DNA of 64,000 bases from Candidatus Saccharimonadota bacterium. GTDB lineage: Bacteria; Patescibacteriota; Saccharimonadia; Saccharimonadales; JAGQNK01. A model generated the notes under the pieces. The model was not told where the DNA came from and ran no database searches. It saw nothing but the letters and a program-made list of their open reading frames with translations. A program made the position numbers and the translations under genes. Every line of letters starts with the position of its first letter. The first letter of the stretch is position 1. Shown one piece after another: positions 38,872 to 47,062 of the stretch. The stretch is taken from the NCBI GenBank assembly GCA_020428105.1, contig JAGQNK010000001.1, forward strand, positions 1,830 to 65,829, in the 5' to 3' direction.

Positions 38872-39753
38872 ATGCCAGAATTGCCAGAAGTAGAGACAGT
38901 CAGAACCGGACTTAGCCAGCTTTTACTCGGGAAGCTAATAGCTAAAGAAGAACATGATTGGCCAAAGGGCTTTCCTAACACTGACTTTGATGTCCAAAGT
39001 TTCATGATTGGCGTAGAAATACTGGGAATTCGCCGCCGAGCAAAAGTCTTGATCATCGACCTGAGTAGTGCCTATTCGCTTGTAGTTCACCTTAAGATGA
39101 CTGGTCAATTGGTTTTTGTCGGACGTGATTATAGGTTTGGCGCCGGTCACCCAAATGATTCGCTAGTAGGTAGTCTGCCAGACAAATCCACTCGTGTGAC
39201 GCTGACATTTGACGATGGAAGTAGACTGTTCTTTAACGACCAGCGCAAGTTTGGCTGGATGCGCTTATTGCCAACGGCCGAAGTGCCCAATATAGATTTT
39301 TTCAAACGTGTCGGGCCTGAACCGCTGGCAGATGATTTTACGGCCACGGCGTTTAGGGAACGTCTAAAGGTACGCCAAAACAGTATGATTAAAGCAGTGT
39401 TATTGGATCAATCGGTTATAGCTGGGGTGGGTAATATTTATGCTGATGAGTCACTTTGGGCTGCAAAAATTCATCCCGCTGAGCGAGTAAAGAACATCGG
39501 TGACAGGAAAATGAACACATTATTTAACGAACTCCGCGCAATATTGAAGCTATCCATAGATAAGGGCGGCTCATCAGACAAAAACTACGTCAACGCCGAA
39601 GGTAAACGTGGTAGTTATTTGAGCTTTGCTAATGTCTTTCGCCGCGAAGGCAAGCCGTGCTTCAGACATCCAGACACACTGATCGAAAAATCACGTGTTG
39701 CAGGACGTGGCACGCACACTTGTCCAAAATGTCAAAAGCTAAAAGCTGCGTAG
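38872..39753 (+). CDS. mutM: Formamidopyrimidine-DNA glycosylase
   Basis: The MPELPEVETVR N-terminus, the H2TH region (LLDQSVIAGVGNIYADESLW) and the C-terminal CPKCQ. Confidence 0.9.
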   Translation: MPELPEVETVRTGLSQLLLGKLIAKEEHDWPKGFPNTDFDVQSFMIGVEILGIRRRAKVLIIDLSSAYSLVVHLKMTGQLVFVGRDYRFGAGHPNDSLVGSLPDKSTRVTLTFDDGSRLFFNDQRKFGWMRLLPTAEVPNIDFFKRVGPEPLADDFTATAFRERLKVRQNSMIKAVLLDQSVIAGVGNIYADESLWAAKIHPAERVKNIGDRKMNTLFNELRAILKLSIDKGGSSDKNYVNAEGKRGSYLSFANVFRREGKPCFRHPDTLIEKSRVAGRGTHTCPKCQKLKAA

Positions 39754-39927
39754 ACTATCACCAACGGTGTGTCGGCCAGCAACACATAAGAAATTAAATG
39801 AGTACTTTGCTTCAACAGTGCGTTCTTTCGTTTCGAGCAGCGAAAACCAGTTGGTCAAGAACCAAGCACGAGAATTGGCAAAATCTCAAAATATTGTTAG
39901 AGTGTATATATTAAATCAAAAATCAAC

Positions 39928-40671
39928 ATGTCAGAAAAGTTAAAATTTCCTAATCGTACCGAAGACGCAACTCAACTTGTAGAAGACTACAGCCTCAGAG
40001 AAGATGCGGAATACTTCAGTGATCCGGCCACACGTCTAGAGTTCTTAAGGTCACTTCAGTTTAACGAATTTTTTGATATTGCCCAGCACATCAATGCACG
40101 TGTTAGGGGCTATGAACCACGGGATAGGTCAACTGTGAATGAGTCAGGTGGGTATTTGCCTATGCTAAAGACGCCGAAGGCAGACGAAAAGCAGGAAGCA
40201 ATGCGTCGAGGGTTCGAAACCATCCAGCGATACTTAGGTGAATCTAGCGATACTGATGATCAGAAGGTCAGGGGTGCTGGCATGGCGACTGAAGCGTTGC
40301 TGATTTGGGTTCATCCGTTCAATGATGGCAACGGCCGGACAAGCAGATTTCTGGGCAAATTTATAGAAGACGGAACTATTGATACAGAACAGCTCATAAC
40401 CGAGACGGCTGATGGTAATGAGCGTATGCGCATGTATCCGGAATATCTACGAGTTGACGATGTTACCGACCTGAGTAATCAAGATATTCTTTTGGATGAC
40501 GATGAAATCGAACAGATAAAAATAGCCCAAGAAAAACTCCCTATCACAGAAGGAATAGCTCTTAGTTTAGAGATGTTGTTGAAAGATAAGTCACTTCAAG
40601 ATAGAGTAGAGGCTGATTCACAGCGCTATCACGATATGCGTGAGCAAGCGATTGAGCGCAAAGCGGCATAG
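39928..40671 (+). CDS. Fic-domain protein
   Basis: Canonical Fic motif HPFNDGNGRTSR (HxFx[D/E]GNGRxxR). Confidence 0.8.
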   Translation: MSEKLKFPNRTEDATQLVEDYSLREDAEYFSDPATRLEFLRSLQFNEFFDIAQHINARVRGYEPRDRSTVNESGGYLPMLKTPKADEKQEAMRRGFETIQRYLGESSDTDDQKVRGAGMATEALLIWVHPFNDGNGRTSRFLGKFIEDGTIDTEQLITETADGNERMRMYPEYLRVDDVTDLSNQDILLDDDEIEQIKIAQEKLPITEGIALSLEMLLKDKSLQDRVEADSQRYHDMREQAIERKAA

Positions 40672-40709
40672 ACAATAGGCCGACAGGAAATAGCGTATAA
40701 TCAAACCAC

Positions 40710-41630
40710 GTGATTACTGTATTGACGGGAGAAAATGCATATTTATTGCAAGCTGAACTACGACAGCGTATTGCTGATTTTGTCGTTGAATATACAGACA
40801 TGGGTTTAGAGCAACTGGACGGGGAAGAAGTATCTTACGACCGGATGCGCGAGGCGCTGGAAAGCCTGCCGTTTCTAGCTAGCAAGAAACTAGTTTTGTT
40901 AAGGAGCCCATCTGCTAATAAGCAGTTCATTGAAAAAGCCGCAGACTTACTGGCGAATGTGGCAGAAACAACAGATGTGATTATTGTCGAGCCAAAGCCA
41001 GATAAGCGGACGTCTTATTATAAATTCCTGAAAAAGTCCGCAGACGTGAAGGATTTCCCTCAGATGGATGAAAGTAGTCTGTCGCGTTGGCTGACCGAGC
41101 AGGCGAAAGGTCAGGGCGGTTCAGTGTCGCTTGCAGACGCACGTTATTTGGTGGATCGGGTCGGCGCCAACCAACAGTTGCTCTATAACGAAATTACTAA
41201 ACTGCTCAATTACAACCCAAAGGTTACTCGCCAGACTATCGAGCTGCTGACAGATCACACACCCCAGAGTACGATCTTTGAATTGCTAGAGGCGGCTCTG
41301 GGCGGTAACGAGAAAAAAGCACTAAGCTTATATACAGATCAGCGTGCAATGAAGGTTGAGCCACAGTACATTCTGGCAATGCTTGCCTGGCAACTTCATA
41401 TTATGGCTGTTGTGAGCGCAGCTGATGGTCGTGATGCTACGGAAATTGCTAAAGTTGCCAAGATTAATCCGTTCGTAGTGCGCAAAACACAGAATTTGGT
41501 GCAGCAAATGAGCATGGTGCAAATTAAGCAGCTTGTTAGAAGGGCGCTAGAGCTAGATATTGCATTAAAGAGCCAGCCAATTGATGCAGACGAGGCTTTA
41601 CGGGACTTCATCATGAATATTGGTCAGTAA
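40710..41630 (+). CDS. holA: DNA polymerase III delta subunit
   Basis: ITVLTGENAYLL.. N-terminus, 306 aa. GTG start 8 nt after TATAAT (40696-40701). Confidence 0.75.
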   Translation: MITVLTGENAYLLQAELRQRIADFVVEYTDMGLEQLDGEEVSYDRMREALESLPFLASKKLVLLRSPSANKQFIEKAADLLANVAETTDVIIVEPKPDKRTSYYKFLKKSADVKDFPQMDESSLSRWLTEQAKGQGGSVSLADARYLVDRVGANQQLLYNEITKLLNYNPKVTRQTIELLTDHTPQSTIFELLEAALGGNEKKALSLYTDQRAMKVEPQYILAMLAWQLHIMAVVSAADGRDATEIAKVAKINPFVVRKTQNLVQQMSMVQIKQLVRRALELDIALKSQPIDADEALRDFIMNIGQ

Positions 41631-41654
41631 AAAACCGCCCAGAAGGCGGTTTTA
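41631..41654. terminator. Bidirectional terminator (holA / rpsT)
   Basis: aaaaccgcc-caga-aggcggtttt hairpin flanked by A- and T-runs. Confidence 0.8.
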
Positions 41655-41672
41655 GTAGAAATTTGCACTAAA

Positions 41673-42083
41673 CTATTTTTTGCCAGCTGGCTTTTTGGCT
41701 GGAGCTTTCTTCACAGTAGCTTTTGTTGCTGCTGGCTTTTTAGTAACAACCATTTTGGTTGCTGCTGGCTTCTTTGCGGCAATTTTCTTGGTTGCTGGTT
41801 TGGTGGTGGTTGTTTTTTTGCCACCATTGGCCTTCTTGGCTGCGGCGGCTAGTTGGCGTTGCTTGCGAGCAACCTTGTTTTTATGCATAACGTTCTTCTT
41901 GCCGGCTTTGTCGATGGCACTCTGAGCTTTACTCTGTGCTTCTGTAGCTTTCTTGCCTCCACCAGTTAGGTTAGCATGAAAGGCTTTCATAGCCTCTTTC
42001 AGGCTACGTTTGGTTTTTACGTTGCGAATTGTTGCCTTACGGGCAACGCGGACACGTTTTTTGGCTGATTTAATAATTGGCAT
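41673..42083 (-). CDS. rpsT: 30S ribosomal protein S20 with Lys/Ala-rich C-terminal extension
   Basis: MPIIKSAKKRVRVARKATIRNVKTKRSLK.. S20 N-terminus. 136 aa against the usual ~87. Confidence 0.9.
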   Translation of the reverse strand: MPIIKSAKKRVRVARKATIRNVKTKRSLKEAMKAFHANLTGGGKKATEAQSKAQSAIDKAGKKNVMHKNKVARKQRQLAAAAKKANGGKKTTTTKPATKKIAAKKPAATKMVVTKKPAATKATVKKAPAKKPAGKK

Positions 42084-42240
42084 TGTTAACTTATTCCTTA
42101 TTTTAATTAGTTATTGTATAAGTCGACAGTCAATATAACCTTTTTGACCGAAGTTGTAAAGTGATCATGTTAATTTGTTGTAGACATGCTTGTGTTTATG
42201 TGGTACATTTGCCTTGAATAATTGTAAACAAAAATCAAAC

Positions 42241-44736
42241 ATGGAAAACCCCAAGAACCAATTAGCCGACAAGCTCAAAGAAGCAAATAATGTACTCGTT
42301 ACGGTAAGTGCCAATCCAACCGTTGATCAACTATCGGCGGCCATTGGTTTAACCTTGTTTCTAACAAAGCTTAAAAAGCACGCAACAACCGTATTTAGCG
42401 GACAGGTGCCGTCAACAATTGATTTCTTGAAGCCCGAAGAAACGATCGAGACCAACACTGACTCACTCCGTGACTTTATTATTTCGTTGGACAAGAACAA
42501 AGCCGACAAGATTCGCTACAAAGTCGAAGACACAATGGTGAAGATTTTTATCACGCCTTACCGAACCTCGATCAACGATACCGATCTGGTGTTTAGCCAA
42601 GGCGATTTTAATGTCGATGTTGTCGTGGCTATCGGCATACAAAAGAGAGAGGACATCGATCAGGCTATTATGGCGCACGGTCGTATTTTGCACGATGCAG
42701 TTGTTGCTACGGTAAACATCGATAGTGGGTCTGATCTGGGCACATTGAACTGGTCTGACCAAAAAGCTAGCAGTTTGTGTGAAATGGTAGTTGGCTTAAC
42801 TGATCTACTCAAGACAAACACCTTGGATGGGCAAATGGCAACTGCATTCTTGACAGGTATTGTGGCTGAAACCGAGCGTTTTAGTAACGAAAAGACAACT
42901 TCTACAACAATGAATGCCAGTGCCAAGCTTATGACTGCTGGCGCCAACCAACAGCTGGTAGCGACCAAACTGAAATCTGCAGTCCCAGAACAACAGGCCA
43001 CTAGCCCACAGCAAAGCCCTGCGGAGGATGCCGAATCTGAAACTCCAAAAGACGCAGTTATGGATGACGATGGTTCATTGCGAATTAATCATCCAAGCAG
43101 TATTCCGGAGACTGATGAAACTCAGACAGATGCACCGCTTAAGCCTGTTGCGCCTGCGGCATCTCCGGCCGCACCACCATCTAATTTACCAGAACCATGG
43201 GTTCCTGATTCTCATGTTCCTGCTGGGTCAAATATTGCAGCAGAGGCTGTATCAAACGAATCTACGAACAACACGAACCCCTCCGCGTCTACAGAAGTAG
43301 GGGTGCCAAATACTCCCAATAGTCAGTTTGGCACATCGTTGGTCACTGAGCCGCCGCGCTTTGGCGGACAGTTAAGCGCTGCAGCAGATGATTCTAGCAA
43401 CGAAACTAACCCTCTAAATCTGCCATCCAGCACAGAAACACCGCTGTTGAATCACAAGCCCAGTCCAGCACAGGGCGCACCGGTAGCACCACCTGCTACT
43501 CCAGCACCGATCAATAATGGCCCGCCAGAACCATATACGGTCTTTGAGCCAGAGGCACAAAAGACGAGCCCTGAGCCAAAGGATCTGCCACCCGTCTTAC
43601 CCAAATCGGCCGAACCTCGTTCCAACCCGCCAATAGATTTTCCCAAGGCGGTTGATTCAGCAAGTCTGGATCTACCAACACCGCCGCAACTACCAGCCGC
43701 ACCGCAGCCCATAGCTCAGGCGCCACAAAAGCCGGTCTCAACTGGCCAGCCTTATGTTGATATGGGCAATAAGACCCTTGATGATATTGAGAAGAGGGTT
43801 GACAGTAGGCATCAAGATCTTGATGAGCCATTTAAGCTTCCCGAACAGTTTGTTCGCACTCTAGATCATACGACGCTTTCTGGTATCGAAGAAAAGGTTG
43901 ACAGTCCACACACTATACAGCCTAAGCCTGAAGCCCCAAAGGCTACACCTGACAATGAAGACTATCACAAGGTGGCGGCTAGCCAGGTAGCCAAGGCAAT
44001 GTCTGGGACTACTCTGGACAAAATAGAAGAAAAAGTCGATAGTCCACACTTACAGGATAGGCAAGCGCAGGCTTTGGAAGCTTCAGAAGAAATAGTAGAA
44101 GATAAGACGCTTGGACTTAGCTACGAATCCCACGAGTCAGAGCCAGCCGAGCAAGTAGATCCGCCCAAAGAAGAGCCCGTAAGCAGTGAGCCGGTAATTG
44201 ATAAAAGCACTTCGACACCTTCAGTAGATGCATTGCAACAATCCGTGACAGAAGCTTCATCGATAGTCGAAGACTCCAAGCGACCAGTAGCACAAACAGC
44301 AACAACTAGTGAAGCGGATAAGCCTGGAGAAGAAGATACCCTCGAAAAGCAAGAAAAAGCTCGTGAGGCGGTGATGCGAGCAATCAACTCTGGTGGGGAT
44401 GGGCGTTCGGCGTTACCACCATTGGCGGGCATAGGTACTACTGGGGTTATGGAAGTAGGTCATAAAGATGATTCAGCTCAGACGGCCACTACAACAGATC
44501 CTCCAGCGGTACCGCCACCACTGAAGCCAGTCCCTCACAGCGGTCCTTCGCCAAATATTAGTATTGATCCCGAAGACGGTAGCTTTGTACCATTACCGCC
44601 TAGCCTACTACCAAATAGTGACGAATTGCCCGTAGATGCAACTGCCTCTGGTTCAGATGAGGCAAGTGCTCCACCAGAAGTACCACCACCTATGATGCCT
44701 CCGGTTGCAGCTCCTGCCAGTAGTGCAAAGTCATAG
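42241..44736 (+). CDS. DHH-like (NrnA-like) N-terminal domain protein with degenerate catalytic motifs and a long Pro-rich disordered tail
   Basis: LVTVSANPTVDQLSAAIGLTLFL aligns by eye to the NrnA motif I/II region (H..PDGDaiGS) but lacks the Asp/His ligands. The C-terminal ~550 aa are P/S/T/A-rich. Confidence 0.55.
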   Translation: MENPKNQLADKLKEANNVLVTVSANPTVDQLSAAIGLTLFLTKLKKHATTVFSGQVPSTIDFLKPEETIETNTDSLRDFIISLDKNKADKIRYKVEDTMVKIFITPYRTSINDTDLVFSQGDFNVDVVVAIGIQKREDIDQAIMAHGRILHDAVVATVNIDSGSDLGTLNWSDQKASSLCEMVVGLTDLLKTNTLDGQMATAFLTGIVAETERFSNEKTTSTTMNASAKLMTAGANQQLVATKLKSAVPEQQATSPQQSPAEDAESETPKDAVMDDDGSLRINHPSSIPETDETQTDAPLKPVAPAASPAAPPSNLPEPWVPDSHVPAGSNIAAEAVSNESTNNTNPSASTEVGVPNTPNSQFGTSLVTEPPRFGGQLSAAADDSSNETNPLNLPSSTETPLLNHKPSPAQGAPVAPPATPAPINNGPPEPYTVFEPEAQKTSPEPKDLPPVLPKSAEPRSNPPIDFPKAVDSASLDLPTPPQLPAAPQPIAQAPQKPVSTGQPYVDMGNKTLDDIEKRVDSRHQDLDEPFKLPEQFVRTLDHTTLSGIEEKVDSPHTIQPKPEAPKATPDNEDYHKVAASQVAKAMSGTTLDKIEEKVDSPHLQDRQAQALEASEEIVEDKTLGLSYESHESEPAEQVDPPKEEPVSSEPVIDKSTSTPSVDALQQSVTEASSIVEDSKRPVAQTATTSEADKPGEEDTLEKQEKAREAVMRAINSGGDGRSALPPLAGIGTTGVMEVGHKDDSAQTATTTDPPAVPPPLKPVPHSGPSPNISIDPEDGSFVPLPPSLLPNSDELPVDATASGSDEASAPPEVPPPMMPPVAAPASSAKS

Positions 44737-44764
44737 AAACTTTTGCATCCGAATACGTTAGGGT

Positions 44765-45451
44765 ATGCTTTCATACATGAATGGTATTCTATTGGTTGAT
44801 AAACCTTCCGGCTGGACGAGTTTTGACGTAGTGGCAAAAGTCCGGGGTATTGTTCGTAGGCAGACGGGGCTCAAAAAACCCAAAGTTGGGCATACGGGCA
44901 CATTAGACCCATTGGCCACCGGTTTGTTGGTGCTGGTTGTAGGATCGTACACCAAACGCGTACCAGAGCTTACAAAGCTAGATAAGACATACGAAGTGTC
45001 CATGACATTGGGTCAAGTAAGTACGACTGGCGATGAAGAGGGCGAGAAGACAGCTATTTCAGATCGGATGCCCCAGGAGGTGGACATTCAACAATGCTTA
45101 CAAAATCTTGAAGGGGAGATGGAGCAAACTCCCCCTATTTTTTCTGCAATAAAAGTTAACGGCCAACGTGCATACAAACTAGCAAGAGCCGGCAAACCAG
45201 TAGTGATTGAACCGCGCAAAGTTGAGATATATTCAATAACAGATGTTGAGTATACTTACCCACTTGTGAAGTTCACCACCGAGGTAAGTAGTGGAACTTA
45301 CATCCGAACACTCGTAGAGGATATCGGCAAACAATTGGATGTAGGAGCTTATATGTCTGGGTTACGGCGTACTAAGGTCGGTGACTTTAATATTATTGGC
45401 GCACAGACAGTGGATGATCTACAAGATAAAGGGTTAAACTTGTTGAAGTAG
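44765..45451 (+). CDS. truB: tRNA pseudouridine(55) synthase
   Basis: NGILLVDKPSGWTSFDVV and GHTGTLDPLATGLLVL. An alternative start is at 44777. Confidence 0.92.
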   Translation: MLSYMNGILLVDKPSGWTSFDVVAKVRGIVRRQTGLKKPKVGHTGTLDPLATGLLVLVVGSYTKRVPELTKLDKTYEVSMTLGQVSTTGDEEGEKTAISDRMPQEVDIQQCLQNLEGEMEQTPPIFSAIKVNGQRAYKLARAGKPVVIEPRKVEIYSITDVEYTYPLVKFTTEVSSGTYIRTLVEDIGKQLDVGAYMSGLRRTKVGDFNIIGAQTVDDLQDKGLNLLK

Positions 45452-45452
45452 A

Positions 45453-45902
45453 TTATCTGGTTGATTGTAATGCTTTAAGATCGGCTATGACTTGATCTCC
45501 ATGACCTAGTGGAGTAACGCGTCCGTAGGTTTTGACGATTTCCCCTGAGGGGCTGATTATGAATGTCTTGCGTAAAATGCCCTCGCGTCCAAACATTTTC
45601 TTGCCCCAGGCACCGTAGGCTTCGATGGTTGCGCCGTCAGAATCAGAGAGCAGGGTGAAATTTAGCTGATGTTTGGCTTTGAACTTGCGGTGGCTCTCGG
45701 TGTCGTCTTTACTAATGCCAACAACCTGCGCGCCAAGGTCTATGAGATCGTCATTCGCGTTGCGAAGTGAACAGGCTTCGACCGTGCAACCAGGTGTGTC
45801 ATCCTTGGGGTAGAAGTACAGCACCAGCCACCTACCGGTAAAATCCGCTAAAGTTCGAGTCTTACCATTTTGGTCTTTGAGTGAAAAATCAGTAGCTTTC
45901 AT
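45453..45902 (-). CDS. bcp: Thiol peroxidase / peroxiredoxin Bcp
   Basis: FYPKDDTPGCTVEAC active-site motif. Confidence 0.9.
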   Translation of the reverse strand: MKATDFSLKDQNGKTRTLADFTGRWLVLYFYPKDDTPGCTVEACSLRNANDDLIDLGAQVVGISKDDTESHRKFKAKHQLNFTLLSDSDGATIEAYGAWGKKMFGREGILRKTFIISPSGEIVKTYGRVTPLGHGDQVIADLKALQSTR

Positions 45903-45987
45903 ACCTATTACTTATTAGTGTACGCTAAAGGCAAAATACGGACTATTGACAAAAATTATAAAGTTTGTTATAATATGATACATATCT

Positions 45988-46533
45988 ATGGTTGAAATGA
46001 TACAAACATACAAAAAAGCTGAAGCAAAAGTTAAGCACAGTGTCCTACGCTATAGTGTTATAGCTACATCTGCATTGGCTGCCGTTGTTTTAAAAGAGGT
46101 TCCAGGATCGAGAGATCGTTTACCAGAGCCGCTTGATATTTCTGATCACGCAGGCAACATAAATATTTCATTGCAACTCGGTTATGCAAGTGGCTTAGCG
46201 GCTGGAGAAATTTACAGCCGTTTCGTGGAGGCTTCTGAGCCAAAAGAAGCAGCAAGAAAGACTCGCGCTGTCATGGCGCTCGCCGGGTTTTGCGTAGGGC
46301 TAGCAGCCAATACTGCTACCGAAACGAAATTTGGGTTAAGCGTTGTGCCGGGGGCGTATGGAACTCCAGACGCCACAGATTTATTTTATGGAGTTGCTGC
46401 TTCGACATTTGCGGCTGCTACGGGTCCTAGTATCCGAGGGGTTGATATGAGCCACTTTACAAATGTGGACTATATAGCCCCTGAGCGTCTTGAGGAATTA
46501 CAGGCTCAAGGTGCTGAAATTAAGGATTACTGA
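45988..46533 (+). CDS. Hypothetical membrane protein (181 aa)
   Basis: TGtTATAAT at 45966-45974 lies upstream. Several hydrophobic segments. Confidence 0.45.
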   Translation: MVEMIQTYKKAEAKVKHSVLRYSVIATSALAAVVLKEVPGSRDRLPEPLDISDHAGNINISLQLGYASGLAAGEIYSRFVEASEPKEAARKTRAVMALAGFCVGLAANTATETKFGLSVVPGAYGTPDATDLFYGVAASTFAAATGPSIRGVDMSHFTNVDYIAPERLEELQAQGAEIKDY

Positions 46534-46629
46534 TCCGTTGTGTATTGATAGCTTGCGTAACAGAGACGGGTGTGATATCATCTTAGTAACGCCATCGATC
46601 TCTTAGTAAATTTAAGCAAGGAAGAAACA

Positions 46630-46896
46630 TTGATTTCAGCAGAGAAGAAGCAAAAGGTCATCGCTGACCTGCAAAATGACAAAAAAGATACCGGCAGCCC
46701 TGCTGTGCAGGTCGGTATCCTAACCGAGCGCATCAAAGAACTCACTGAGCATCTGAAGGCAAACAAACACGATTTCATGGCTCGCCGTGGGTTATTGCAA
46801 ATGGTTGGTAAACGCAAGCGCTTGCTCAAATATATAGCGGCTAATGATAGCCAAGAGTACCTAGCGCTCATCAAAAAGCTCGGAATTCGCAGGTAG
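46630..46896 (+). CDS. rpsO: 30S ribosomal protein S15
   Basis: DTGSPAVQVGILTERIKELTEHLKANKHDFMARRGLLQMVGKRKRLLKY. TTG start. Confidence 0.95.
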   Translation: MISAEKKQKVIADLQNDKKDTGSPAVQVGILTERIKELTEHLKANKHDFMARRGLLQMVGKRKRLLKYIAANDSQEYLALIKKLGIRR

Positions 46897-47062
46897 AAAT
46901 TAGAGATTGGACATTGGATGTTAGCCGCAAAAAGCCTAGCATCCAAAATCTAGAATCTAAGTTCTAGTGAAACTTAAACTAAAGTGGGGTGGCAGAGCGC
47001 AGCTTTCCGTTAGAATTATTGCGGACAGTTGAACCTTGCTACTCCTGTAAAGAAAGGAAATT

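Noticed and set aside
46985-47045. The tRNA-like start ggggtggcagagcgcag... in the rpsO-pnp spacer.
   Set aside because: No 3' sequence complementary to a 7-bp acceptor stem, no GTTCRANYC T-loop and no CCA context could be found. I treat it as part of the pnp leader.
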